In this document: positions 9,827 to 19,079 of the stretch, in pieces
How the letters are laid out: each line of letters begins with the position of its first letter
How positions within the stretch are numbered: the first letter of the stretch is position 1
Assembly (NCBI GenBank): GCA_963835795.1
Contig: CAWIHJ010000092.1
Location: 11,364-75,363, forward strand
Direction of reading: 5' to 3'
Origin: an uncultured Gammaproteobacteria bacterium
GTDB taxonomy: Bacteria > Pseudomonadota > Gammaproteobacteria > GCA-001735895
Length of the DNA stretch: 64,000 nucleotides
Made by a program: the position numbers and the translations under genes
The notes under the pieces: model-generated
The model's database searches: none
What the model was told of the DNA's origin: nothing
What the model saw: only the letters and a program-made list of their open reading frames with translations

Positions 9827-9898
9827 GCCTGATGCGTCGGCCTTGCAATGGTGGCGTTGTCCCAAGATTTCTGCTTGCGCCGGTCCGACGCATCGGGC
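9827..9898. repeat. Imperfect inverted repeat between convergent genes (REP-like or bidirectional terminator)
   Basis: GCCTGATGCGTCGGCC ... GGTCCGACGCATCGGGC, 39-nt spacer. Confidence 0.5.
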
Positions 9899-9915
9899 AA
9901 TGACAGCAGAGGGCG

Positions 9916-10849
9916 CTAGAGCTGGTCGGCGACGTAGACGAACAGTGGCAGGGTAAAGAAGGCGGTGATGACCTGGAAGGTGACGATGCTGGACATCAGA
10001 TCGGCGTCGCCGCCCATCTTGCGTGCCATGACGTAGGCCGAGGCTGCGGTCGGCACCGCGCCGGCGATAATGGCGACCGTGCGAGCGATTCCTTCCAGCC
10101 CGATCAACCAGGACATGGCGATGACGATCACCGGCATGCCGATCAGGCGCGTCAACACACCGATGGTCAGCAGCATTTTGTGCTGCGCTGCGTGGCTGAA
10201 TTTCATGCTGGCACCGACCGCCAAGCAGTCCGAGTCCGAGCCCACCGGCGCCGATGATATCGATCGCGTCGAAGAGTATGTCGGGTAACGCCGAGGTAGT
10301 TGAATAGCAGGCCGCACAGGCAGGCGATGATCAGTGGGTTGGTGAGCACCTTGCTGGCCACCGCGGCGAATTCCAGCTTGCTATCGCTGCGACCGTAGAC
10401 TCGACAACACGATGACCGAGATGACGTTGAGCAGGGGCACCATGATGGCGAGCGCCAGTGCCGCCAGGGTGAGTCCGGCATCCCCGTAAAGAGGACCAAT
10501 CACGGCGATGGCGACAAAGCCGTGGAAAGCGGGTGGCGCCCTGGAACACACTGCTGAAACTGGGGCCGCTTTCTGGATGACGCCGCCAGACGAAGACCTG
10601 AATCAGCACCAGCAGGCTGGCCATGCCGAGAATGGCGACCATCAGTACTGTCAGAAAGTCGAGCACTGGAACACCACCGAGGTTGGCGCGACTCAGGGTG
10701 CGGATAATCAGGAATGGAAACAGCAGGTAAAAACAAATGTGTTCGATTGCCGACCAGATGGTTGCGCCGACGATTTGCATTCTGAACAGCAGGTATCCGG
10801 TTGCGATGATCAAAAAGATCGGGGCAATGGCGTTTAAGGTCGTGAGCAC
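9916..10849 (-). CDS. AEC (auxin efflux carrier) family transporter, several frameshifts
   Basis: LNAIAPIFLIIATGYLL..AIEHICFYLLFP, VFQGATRF, LTNPLIIAC, AVPTAASAYVMARKMGGDADLMSSIVTFQ spread across frames. Confidence 0.85.
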
Positions 10850-10868
10850 CTGGCGCTAGCTCTGCGGT

Positions 10869-11100
10869 TTAGAGCGGGCTGCGTAAATCGTCTTCGTAAC
10901 TGCAGGGCACCGAGCGCGGCTGCAATGACTCTGCTGCAACGACCGATTCGTAAGGTCGACACTTCCTTGCTGTGTACGTCGTAACGACCGACGCGAATAG
11001 CGATGCCATCGTCGTCGACACCGATGACGACGGCGGCAAGTTTGAGCGGGACACCGTGCTTATCGGTGTACAGGTAGTACACCATATCTGCGGCCTGCAT
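10869..11100 (-). CDS. Small hypothetical protein (~77 aa after one frameshift near 10955)
   Basis: ATG overlaps the potC stop (TAATG); MQAADMVYYLYTDKHGVPLKLAAVVIGVDDDGIAIRVGRYDV..., continuing in another frame as YESVVAAESLQPRSVPCSYEDDLRSPL. Confidence 0.5.
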
Positions 11101-11991
11101 TAATGCGGAGTGATTCCCCGAATGCGCTCACTGCGGCGACGCAACAGTTCGAGCGTAGTGAGCAGCAACACCGAGAACAACACCAGGATGGTGGCGGCCG
11201 AGAGGATAGTCGGGCTGATTTCCTGACGAATACCAGACCACATCTGGCGTGGCAGGGTGTGTTGGTCCGGGCCACCGATGAACAGGATGATAACGATTTC
11301 ATCGAAGGCGGTGATAAAAGCGAACAGCGCGCCCGAGATCATTCCGGGTGCGATCAGCGGCATCTGGATCTTGAAAAAATTGTAGGCCGGTGTGCCGCCC
11401 AGATTGGCGCCTGCACGCATCAGCGAGCGGTCGAATCCCACCAGTGTCGAGGTCACCGTGATGACCACGAAGGGCATGCCGAGAATGGTGTAGGCGAGGA
11501 TAATGCCTGCATCGGTATTCGACAGGTTAACCCGTGGCAAAGAAGAAAGCCATGCCGGCCGCGGTAATGATCAGCGGCACGATCAGCGGCGAAATCATCA
11601 ACGCCATGATGGCGCGCTTGGCGGGCATGTGCTGATTGCTGAGCCCGAGTGCGGCCAGCGTGCCGAGGAAGGTGGCGAGTACCGTCGAGATTACCGCGTA
11701 GTACAGGCTGCGTCCGGCGCCGGTCATCCATTTGTTGTGACACATCGTCGAAGCGCTGTCATCGACACCACCACATATCCCGAACAGCGCCTTGTACCAG
11801 CGTATCGAGAAGGCATCGGGATCGAGCGATAACATTTCGGGCGTGAAATTCAGAAACGGTGTCGAGGTGAACGATAGCGGAATAACGGCGATCAGCGGCG
11901 CCACCAGGAAGAACAGGACGAAGATACAAAACGTCATGTAGGTGTAGTGCCAGATGCGTTGCCCAAATGTGGTATAGATTGGTAAGGCCAT
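11100..11991 (-). CDS. potC: Polyamine-type ABC transporter permease (PotC-like), 1 frameshift near 11535
   Basis: SLPL-like IAVIPLSF, FLGTLAALGL, PLIVPLIITA, EAA-loop region RSLMRAGANLGG, TLPRQMWSGIR. Confidence 0.85.
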
Positions 11992-11995
11992 GTCT

Positions 11996-13255
11996 TTAAC
12001 CCATCTTCATGTTGTCGATGCCAATGATCTTGTCGTAGACCCAGTAAAGCAGCAGGATCACGCACAGCAGTATGGTACCCATCGCTGCCGCCAGGCCCCA
12101 GTTGAGCGAGCGCTGCATGTGATAGGCGACCATGTTGCCGATCAGGCGCCCGTCCTTGCCACCGACCAGCTCCGGCGTGATGTAGTAACCGATGGCGACG
12201 ATGAACACGAGGATACAGCCGGCGCCAATCCCCGGAATGGTTTGCGGCATGTAAACGCGTATAAATGCCAGGGTGGGCGTCGCCCCCAGGTTCTGTGCCG
12301 CTTTCATGTAGCTCGGCGGAATGGTTTTCATCACGCTGTATATCGGCAGGATCATGAATGGCAGCAGGATTTGCGTCATGACGATGATGGTGCCGTTGAA
12401 GTTGTACATCATCTCGAGGCGATTATCGTCGGCGAGGATTCCCGCCGCGACAAGGGTGTCGTTCACCACTCCGTTTTGCTGCAACATGATCATCCAGGCG
12501 ACGATGCGCACCAGCAGCGATGTCCAGAAGGGCATCAGCACACAGATCATCAACAGGTTGGATATCCGCATTGGCAGCGTGGCCAACAGGTAGGAAACCG
12601 GGTACGCCAGAATCAGGCAGGCCAGGGTGACGATGATACTGACCATGATGGTGCGCTGCCACAGCAGATTGTAGACCTTGCGATTTTCATCGACTTCGAT
12701 CACGTTCTTGTCGAAATCATAGGTCCTGTCCACCGCGTTCCAGTAATAGCCCAGCGTATATCGGTCTTTCATGATGCCGAGCGACAGCCAGAATTCTTGT
12801 TCCAGCCAGCGATCATCGGCTTCCAGAAATGCCGCTTTATACGGTGGTTCCATTTTTTTAATCTTGCGCGCGGTGATCTTGATCAGGCTGCGCCAGCCGG
12901 GATGGGCGTAGTTCATGCGCACGCTGGCCTTACCGATATCGGTTCTTTCAGCGTCGCGTAAATCTTTATAGAAAGCCTCGAACATCGCCTCGGACGGCTC
13001 GCTTTGCTTGTCCCAGGTTTCAAAGATTTCGAAGGTATTGGGTAATATGTCGTTAATCAGATTGTCATCCACACTGCGCGTCAGCATGCTGCCGATCGGG
13101 ATGATGAAGACAAATATCAGGAATGCCAGCGGCGGTGCGACCAGTAAAAAGGCGCGTATCCGACTGCGGCGCAGCGACTTTTCGAGGCTCGCTTTGAGGG
13201 GGACACCGTCTGCGGTTAGCAGGGGGCCGTCAATGGTTGCAGGTGCTGTGCTCAT
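11996..13255 (-). CDS. potB: Polyamine-type ABC transporter permease (PotB-like) with a long periplasmic insertion
   Basis: LAYPVSY, MPFWTSLLVR, LPFMILPIY, KAAQNLGA, ITPELVGG, NWGLAAA. Confidence 0.88.
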   Translation of the reverse strand: MSTAPATIDGPLLTADGVPLKASLEKSLRRSRIRAFLLVAPPLAFLIFVFIIPIGSMLTRSVDDNLINDILPNTFEIFETWDKQSEPSEAMFEAFYKDLRDAERTDIGKASVRMNYAHPGWRSLIKITARKIKKMEPPYKAAFLEADDRWLEQEFWLSLGIMKDRYTLGYYWNAVDRTYDFDKNVIEVDENRKVYNLLWQRTIMVSIIVTLACLILAYPVSYLLATLPMRISNLLMICVLMPFWTSLLVRIVAWMIMLQQNGVVNDTLVAAGILADDNRLEMMYNFNGTIIVMTQILLPFMILPIYSVMKTIPPSYMKAAQNLGATPTLAFIRVYMPQTIPGIGAGCILVFIVAIGYYITPELVGGKDGRLIGNMVAYHMQRSLNWGLAAAMGTILLCVILLLYWVYDKIIGIDNMKMG

Positions 13256-13280
13256 GATATTTTTGTCGGCTAGTTAGGGG

Positions 13281-13308
13281 AAAAGGGACAGGCGCGAACG
13301 CCCGTCCC
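13281..13308 (-). terminator. Intercistronic stem-loop / intrinsic terminator after the binding-protein gene
   Basis: On the minus strand GGGACGGGCG-TTCG-CGCCTGTCCC followed by TTTT. Confidence 0.65.
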
Positions 13309-13325
13309 CGGGTTATGCCAGCTTA

Positions 13326-14405
13326 TTACTGACCCATCCACGCGGTGTAACGCTCGGAAATCGAGTCACCGAAGTCAGCCCACCAATCGGGATTTGCCAC
13401 GACAGAACGCGCCATTACTTCCGGACGGTTCGGCATGTGCTCCATGATGGTTTTGCCATTGTGGAACCAGGGCTCGCCTTTCTTCATGATGTCAAACGCT
13501 GAAGCGCGCATCGGACCATAGTTGATGTACTTGGCCTGCTCTGCCTGCGACTTGGTTGAAGACGCGTGCACCAGGAAGTCGAGTGCGGCCTGACGGTTCG
13601 GGGCGCCTTTCATCAACACCAGCCATTCTTCCTCGAGTACCTGTCCGTCCCATACGGTGACGAACTTGGCGCCTTCAGACAGCACGGCAGCACCGATACG
13701 GCCGTTATAGGCGATTGACATGGCGACTTCGCCCGACTGCACCAGTTCCAGCGGCTTGGCACCAGAAGACCAGAAAACTGCATGGTCCTTGATCTTGTCC
13801 AGCATCTTGAAAGCGCGGTCGATGCCTGCGTCGGTGCTCATCACCTTGTAGACGTCTTTAATCGCAACACCGTCAGCCAGCAGCGCCATTTCGATCAACG
13901 CGTTCGGCCAGGTGTGGATGCCACGCTTGCCGGGGAATTTCTTGACGTTGAAAAAGTCGGCGATGGTGGTGGGCTGCTCACCCTTGAAGGTGCCTTCCTG
14001 GTAGAAAGGTACGTAGGACCAGAAAATCTGCGGTACAACGCAATCATTCGGGACGTCGATCATCATGTCGTCGTCCATCGACGTGCCGTCAGGGGCTGGC
14101 GAGAAAATACTGCGATCGATTTCTTCAAACAGGCCTTCATCGCAACCGGTACGCGCCTGGTCAGGCAGTACGTCGACGATGTCCCAGGTGACGTTACCCG
14201 ATTCTACCTGGGTACGCACTTCACCAAGACCACCGTTGTAGTTGATGAAGTTGATGCTATCGGGATCTTTATAAGTTGCCTGGTAAGCTTTTTGCTGCGA
14301 GGCAGTGTAAGCACCACCCCATGAAACGATGTTCACTTCAGCTTGCGCCGCAGTGGAAACCGCAAGCACTGAAGCCAGCAGCGTGTGTTTTAATGTTACT
14401 TTCAT
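13326..14405 (-). CDS. Polyamine-type ABC transporter substrate-binding protein (PotD/PotF family)
   Basis: Signal peptide; SWGGAYTASQQKAY, TWDIVDV, FPGKRG, AYNGR; substrate not determinable. Confidence 0.88.
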   Translation of the reverse strand: MKVTLKHTLLASVLAVSTAAQAEVNIVSWGGAYTASQQKAYQATYKDPDSINFINYNGGLGEVRTQVESGNVTWDIVDVLPDQARTGCDEGLFEEIDRSIFSPAPDGTSMDDDMMIDVPNDCVVPQIFWSYVPFYQEGTFKGEQPTTIADFFNVKKFPGKRGIHTWPNALIEMALLADGVAIKDVYKVMSTDAGIDRAFKMLDKIKDHAVFWSSGAKPLELVQSGEVAMSIAYNGRIGAAVLSEGAKFVTVWDGQVLEEEWLVLMKGAPNRQAALDFLVHASSTKSQAEQAKYINYGPMRASAFDIMKKGEPWFHNGKTIMEHMPNRPEVMARSVVANPDWWADFGDSISERYTAWMGQ

Positions 14406-14489
14406 TTTTGAGTTTCTCCTCGTTTTCGATTTACTTCTCTTCGGTTAATGTCTATAGCCTGCGGCCATAGCTCCTTGGGTACTGCGCGG

Positions 14490-15587
14490 TTAGTCGGACG
14501 GGTCCAGGGCCCGGCAGTCTTCCGCATTCCAACCGATATTGACCGTGTCACCTTCTTTGAGGTGCGCATGGACGGCTGAGTTTGGAATTTTTACTATGAA
14601 ATCGTCGTGACCCAGTACGGTAAAACGCGTACGAATGTGATCGCCCAGGTAAATCAGTTCTTCGGCCAGGCCGGAGAAAATATTCTCCAGCGATCCGGCT
14701 TCCGGGTTGACGGTAACGCGTTCCGGGCGCAGCGACAGTGTGCTGCGGCTGCCAACGCCGCCAACATTGACTTTCTTGGCGATCACGGTGCCGACATTGT
14801 TATCAATTTCGACCTTCACGGTGTCACCATTGTCCTCTGTAACCTTGCCGACGAAACGGTTGTTCTCACCGATGAATCCGGCGACAAACGCGTTATCGGG
14901 TTCTTCGTAGAGCACCGGCGGCGGATCGCACTGCTGAATGATGCCATCGTCGAACACGGCGATGCGGTTCGACATGGTCAGCGCTTCGCTCTGGTCGTGG
15001 GTAACGTAAACCACGGTGAGACCAAGATTTTCGTGAATGTGTTTGATTTCGTACTGCATCTGTTCGCGCAGATTCTTGTCGAGTGCGCCGAGCGGCTCGT
15101 CCATCAGCACCAGGTCGGGATCGAATACCAGCGAGCGGGCAACCGCCACGCGCTGCGCCTGGCCACCGGAGAGTTGCGCCGGACGGCGATCGCCCAATGC
15201 GGTCAGCTGAACCATGTCGAGCGCGCGCTTGACGCGCTGTTCGCGTTCGCTTTTATCGATGTGACGTACTTCCAGCGGAAAGGCCAGGTTTTCGGCTACC
15301 GTCATGTGTGGAAACAGCGCGTAATTCTGGAACACCATGCCGATACCACGCTTGTGCGGGGGCACCCGGTTGATCGGGCTTTCGTTGAGGAATATCTCGC
15401 CGTGAGTTGCCGGTTCGAATCCCGCCAGCATCATCAGGCAGGTGGTTTTACCCGAACCCGATGGTCCCAGCATGGTCAAAAATTCGCCCTTGGCGACATC
15501 CAGATTCAGGTTTTTTACAACCAGGACTTCTCCGTCATAACTTTTCTGGATATCGACGAAGCGTACGAGAGCGTTTTCACTTGACAT
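14490..15587 (-). CDS. potA: Polyamine-type ABC transporter ATPase
   Basis: GPSGSGKT, PPHKRGIGMVFQNYALFPHMTV, LSGGQAQR, MDEPLGALD, TOBE-like tail. Confidence 0.92.
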   Translation of the reverse strand: MSSENALVRFVDIQKSYDGEVLVVKNLNLDVAKGEFLTMLGPSGSGKTTCLMMLAGFEPATHGEIFLNESPINRVPPHKRGIGMVFQNYALFPHMTVAENLAFPLEVRHIDKSEREQRVKRALDMVQLTALGDRRPAQLSGGQAQRVAVARSLVFDPDLVLMDEPLGALDKNLREQMQYEIKHIHENLGLTVVYVTHDQSEALTMSNRIAVFDDGIIQQCDPPPVLYEEPDNAFVAGFIGENNRFVGKVTEDNGDTVKVEIDNNVGTVIAKKVNVGGVGSRSTLSLRPERVTVNPEAGSLENIFSGLAEELIYLGDHIRTRFTVLGHDDFIVKIPNSAVHAHLKEGDTVNIGWNAEDCRALDPSD

Positions 15588-15808
15588 GGCAGGGTTATCT
15601 CGGCTGGGTATCTTGAATCAGTAATGTCTTTATTGTCAGGGCTTTAGTTTTAATGTAGTTACCCTGAACCTTTGCTTAATCCTGAACCATATCGGTGTTA
15701 TCCAGCAAAATCAACCGTTTTGTAGGGTTTCAGACAGCGAGCACCCCTTATACCCAGCGCTTTTGATCGATAGGATAACTGGCTGGAAATTCGACCGGAA
15801 AACGCGCT

Positions 15809-16324
15809 TTAACCCAGCGTTTCAGTGGAATCGCCCATGGCCGGGTCGAGGCTGTCGAACTGGCAATTGTAAGTAATTACCTCGCCTTTGACGCCGCCGA
15901 CATTGCTTTGTACTCGCGTAGCGATCAGGGTTTCCACGGGGAAATTGAAAACGAATGTCCAGCTTTCGGTGGAAAACGGATTGGATGCTGATGACACCAC
16001 GATCAGGCTGCTCCTGGTCTGCGAGCGTATGCGGATCAGGTTGTGCGATTTGTCGGTGGTTTCGATCTTGATGCTGGGACCCTTGTCGCCGCGTGGCTGC
16101 CAGTAGAAGCGGACCTTCGACTTGCCGTCGCTGAAATTCTCCGCCATCATCCATTCGGCGAAGCGCGAGCGAGCCTGGTCGGAATGTTTCTGTGATTCGG
16201 ACTGGCGATGCCGCCCCTGCAGGCTGGATTGGTCGCTGATGCAGGAAATCGTGCTTTGCAATTGAATGTCGGCTGCCTGCAGGGTTAGCGGCGACAGTAA
16301 CAGGCAGGCGAGCAGCAATCTCAT
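15809..16324 (-). CDS. Hypothetical exported protein
   Basis: Signal peptide MRLLLACLLLSPLTLQA; 171-aa open frame with two Cys. Confidence 0.65.
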   Translation of the reverse strand: MRLLLACLLLSPLTLQAADIQLQSTISCISDQSSLQGRHRQSESQKHSDQARSRFAEWMMAENFSDGKSKVRFYWQPRGDKGPSIKIETTDKSHNLIRIRSQTRSSLIVVSSASNPFSTESWTFVFNFPVETLIATRVQSNVGGVKGEVITYNCQFDSLDPAMGDSTETLG

Positions 16325-16404
16325 CGCGGCAGTATAGCCCCTGCTGATAATCCACGCGAGAAGGAGTATTCTAGAGGACTCGACGAACGCCGAAGGACAG
16401 TATC

Positions 16405-16911
16405 ATGCGAATCCCCGGATACTTTGCCACGCCAGCGCTTGCGCTGGTTATCTTGATGGTTGCTCCCCTGTCAGCCGCAATTGCAGAAAAAGCACCGCCA
16501 GTTGCTTTGCCACAGCCTTCGTTGCAACAGCAACCCGAAGACGTAGTGCGCATTGTCATCGAGGCGCTGGCGAACAACGATGAACCTTATACCGATGCCG
16601 GTATCGCCACCACTTTTGCCTTTGCCTCCCCGGCCAACAAGGTCAACACCGGGCCGTTGCCGAAGTTCAAGCAAATGGTGAAAGCGCCAACTTACGGCAT
16701 CATGATCAATCACGCCGAGCACGAATTCAGCGAAGTGGTGCTAATGGGCCCGCAAGCGTATCAAATGGTCAGGATCAAGGGTGCCAGCGGTGCCGAGGTG
16801 ATCTTCGCGTTTCGTCTGAGCCAGCAACAGGACGGGGAGTTTGCCGGCATGTGGATGACCGACGCGGTGTGGCCGGTGGCCATCGGCGATATCCCCGAAC
16901 AGGCGTTTTAG
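16405..16911 (+). CDS. DUF4864-like secreted protein
   Basis: Signal peptide; PEDVVRIVIEAL..AFASPAN..GPLPKFKQMV..W(M)TDAV pattern. Confidence 0.75.
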   Translation: MRIPGYFATPALALVILMVAPLSAAIAEKAPPVALPQPSLQQQPEDVVRIVIEALANNDEPYTDAGIATTFAFASPANKVNTGPLPKFKQMVKAPTYGIMINHAEHEFSEVVLMGPQAYQMVRIKGASGAEVIFAFRLSQQQDGEFAGMWMTDAVWPVAIGDIPEQAF

Positions 16912-17105
16912 AGCCCGGTTGAAATTCGCTCAGGGTTTATTTCAGGCTGCATTATGTAAGTTTCGGTTTCCGGCACACGGTGGCGGGTTGAGTCGGCAGG
17001 TGCCAGTCGCCGCTGCGCTGAAAATCAGCAATAAACGGAGAGTTTACGCGCATTGTTGGTCGTATCATGGTGATCAATACCAATCCGACGGAGTATGAGA
17101 TAACC

Positions 17106-17972
17106 ATGTCGACACCCAGTGAGCAAACCTTGAGTAAATTCGTGCAACTGGCGCGTTACATTGCCGCGCAGGCCGACCAGTCGCTGACGCTGGACCGCCT
17201 GGCGCAACGCGTGCACCTGTCGCCCTCGCGCATGCAGCGCGTGTTCAAATCCATCTTCGGGGTATCACCGAAGAAATTCCAGCAAGCCGCGCGCACGCAA
17301 CGCTTCAAGTCCCTGCTGCGTGAAGGCACCGACATTACCGATGCCATCTACGCCGCAGGCTACGGCTCCAGCAGCCGGGTCTACAGCCAGGCGATGCACG
17401 GTATCGGTATGACGCCAAAACGCTATCGTGCCGGCGGCAAGGGTGAAACGATAACCTGGGCCTGCCGCGACACGGTGCTCGGGCCGTTGCTGATGGCGGC
17501 CACCGACCGGGGCGTGTGTTTTGCGCAATTCGGCAGCCACTGCGAAGCACTGCGCACGCAGCTGCAGGCCGAGTATCCGCAGGCACAGCTGCAAACTTAC
17601 CAGGGACAAACCAGCTATCAACTCGATCGCTGGATCGACGCCCTCAATGCCTACATTCAGAACAAGCAGCCTCGCCCGGAGATCCCGCTCGATTTGCGTG
17701 GCACGGCCTTTCAGATCAAGGTCTGGGAGTTCCTGTTGAGCCTCGATGACGGCGACGTCATCAGTTATTCCGAACTCGCCCGCGGAATCGACCAGCCGCG
17801 CGCCGTGCGTGCCGCGGCCTCTGCCTGCGGCGCAAACCGCATTGCGGTACTGGTGCCCTGTCATCGCATTCTGCGCGGCGACGGCGGGCTCGGTGGCTAT
17901 CGTTGGGGAATTGAGCGCAAGCGCGCGCTGATCGACAGCGAACGCGCGCGCCGCAGCGAGGCGCAGGCGTAA
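17106..17972 (+). CDS. AraC-HTH / methylated-DNA-protein-cysteine methyltransferase fusion (Ada-like, no N-terminal Zn domain)
   Basis: LTLDRLAQRVHLSPSRMQRVFK HTH; GTAFQIKVW, RAVRAAASAC, active site PCHRI, GYRWG. Confidence 0.88.
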   Translation: MSTPSEQTLSKFVQLARYIAAQADQSLTLDRLAQRVHLSPSRMQRVFKSIFGVSPKKFQQAARTQRFKSLLREGTDITDAIYAAGYGSSSRVYSQAMHGIGMTPKRYRAGGKGETITWACRDTVLGPLLMAATDRGVCFAQFGSHCEALRTQLQAEYPQAQLQTYQGQTSYQLDRWIDALNAYIQNKQPRPEIPLDLRGTAFQIKVWEFLLSLDDGDVISYSELARGIDQPRAVRAAASACGANRIAVLVPCHRILRGDGGLGGYRWGIERKRALIDSERARRSEAQA

Positions 17973-18114
17973 TCTCCGCCGATGCTCCAGAATCTGCGGG
18001 CGGCGGCGCCTGCGATCGAAATCCCCTGGTGGTGCGGGACGGTAACCTGTCCAACCCGGCGATGGCGGGCTATGTCAGTCAGCCCTCGTTATCGATTCTG
18101 ATAAGCTGACGCTT

Positions 18115-19046
18115 ATGTTGGGCGAAATCTTCAATATCGTGGCGCCGGTGTTCATCGTCGTCGGCGCGGGGTACGCAGCGGTCAAGGGCAAACTGCTCAG
18201 CGATGAACCGATCGACCAGCTGATGAAGTTTGCGATCCAGTTTGCGATTCCCTGCCTGTTGTTTAGCGCGACTTCGACCATCGACCTGTCGGTTGCTTTC
18301 AACTGGCGCCTGCTGTTCTCCTATTACGCCGCCGCGATCGCCTGTTTCGCGATCGCCTATCTGGTCTTTCGCCATGGCTTTAAACGCCGTCCCGGGGAAG
18401 CGGTCGGCATCGCCTTCGGCGCCCTGTTTTCCAACCTGGTGCTGCTCGGCCTGCCGATTTCTGAACGCGCCTGGGGCGTTGGCGGCATGGAACCGAGCTT
18501 TCGCCCTGGTGTCGGTGAATGCACCGATTTGTTACCTGGTCGGGATTACCACGATGGAACTGTTACGCGCGGATGGGCGTGGCGCCATCGATACCGCGCG
18601 CACCGTGGCTAACGCCATTTTTCGCAACAGTTTGATGATCGGCATTTTACTCGGCTTTTTCGTCAACTTCAGCGGCCTGACGCTGCCGAGCCCCGTTGCT
18701 CGGCGCGATCGATTTGCTGGCGCGCGCCTCGCTGCCGGTGGCGTTGTTTGCGCTCGGCGGTTTGCTCACCCGTTACCAGTTGTCACGCTCGCTGGGAGAA
18801 GCGGGCGTCATTTCAATGTTGTCGTTGATCCTGCAGCCCGCGCTGGTGTGGTTGCTGGCCTGGCAGTTGCAATTGCCGGAGGCGACCACGCGCGCGATCG
18901 TACTGATGGCCGCCGCCGCACCGGGCCTGAATGCCTACCTGTTTGCGGCGATGTACAACCGCGGGCAGGACAGCGCGGCGAGTTCGGTGTTACTGGCGAC
19001 GCTGTTGTCGGTGTTCAGCATCAGTGGCTGGCTGATCCTGCTGTAA
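18115..19046 (+). CDS. AEC family transporter, 2 frameshifts
   Basis: IVAPVFIVVG, FAIPCLLF, FSNLVLLGLPI, NSLMIGILLG, LARASLPVALFALG, AAPGLNAYLFAAMY. Confidence 0.85.
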
Positions 19047-19079
19047 GCCAGTGCGGTAATGACATACCTGACCCGGGTT

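Noticed and set aside
15640-15690. TCAGGG/CCCTGA and repeated CCTGAACC upstream of potA
   Set aside because: Possible regulator sites, but too short to support.
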